Source: Nitrososphaeria archaeon
GTDB taxonomy: Archaea; Thermoproteota; Nitrososphaeria; JACIWG01
Direction of reading: 5' to 3'
DNA: 64,000 bases
Assembly: GCA_963752255.1 (NCBI GenBank)
Contig: CAVVXT010000010.1
Location: 110,217-174,216, forward strand
The notes beneath the pieces were generated by a model. The model searched no databases and had not been told where the DNA came from. It worked only from the letters and a program-made list of their open reading frames with translations. Both the position numbers and the translations under genes were made by a program. Positions 63,852 through 64,000 of this stretch are shown in pieces. How positions within the stretch are numbered: position 1 is the first letter of the stretch; each line of letters opens with the position of its first letter.

Positions 63852-64000
63852 TTATTTTATGGTACTACAATTGTTTCTCGAAAATCTAAAATCATAAGTG
63901 CGATAACGAGTGACTTATCCTCTGATCCAGCCACTACCAAGGCTGACGCAGTAGATGTGTGTTGCTTCGAAGGTCGCGACAAGTGTTACTTCATAGGTTC

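Overview
Archaeal chromosome segment. The tRNA lacks encoded CCA, promoters are TATA-type, and AbrB-PhoU, HTH_10, NurA and AN1-finger genes are present; the gene content suggests Bathyarchaeia, which is an inference only. Four parts: (1) 1-20.5 kb housekeeping and metabolic genes (two-component pair, flavodoxin-like proteins, HAD, MFS, UroD-family, enolase-superfamily, USP, AKR), a complete pst/phoU phosphate locus and an orphan NurA-like nuclease. (2) About 20.7-45.5 kb, an AT-rich defence/mobile island that starts at a tRNA-3'-end att-like site. It holds ABC-ATPase+effector pairs, an unknown two-gene nuclease module, a type I R-M system, an AbiJ-like protein, glycosylase-like, RNase H-like and REase-like genes, and DpnI. 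It also holds an Orc1/Cdc6 relic beside a repeat array and a wHTH/coiled-coil three-gene module beside a phased ATTATC array. (3) 47.3-59.8 kb, a purFDTLQM-(E/C)-B purine operon. (4) EamA, a RuBisCO-like protein, tRNA-Asp and a second tRNA-fragment att-like site. Many genes, including housekeeping ones, are split by single-base frameshifts, most likely long-read indel errors. The most notable signals are four nested copies of the dpnI 3' end delimiting gene cassettes, the wHTH/coiled-coil module with its repeat array, and the unknown nuclease pair.
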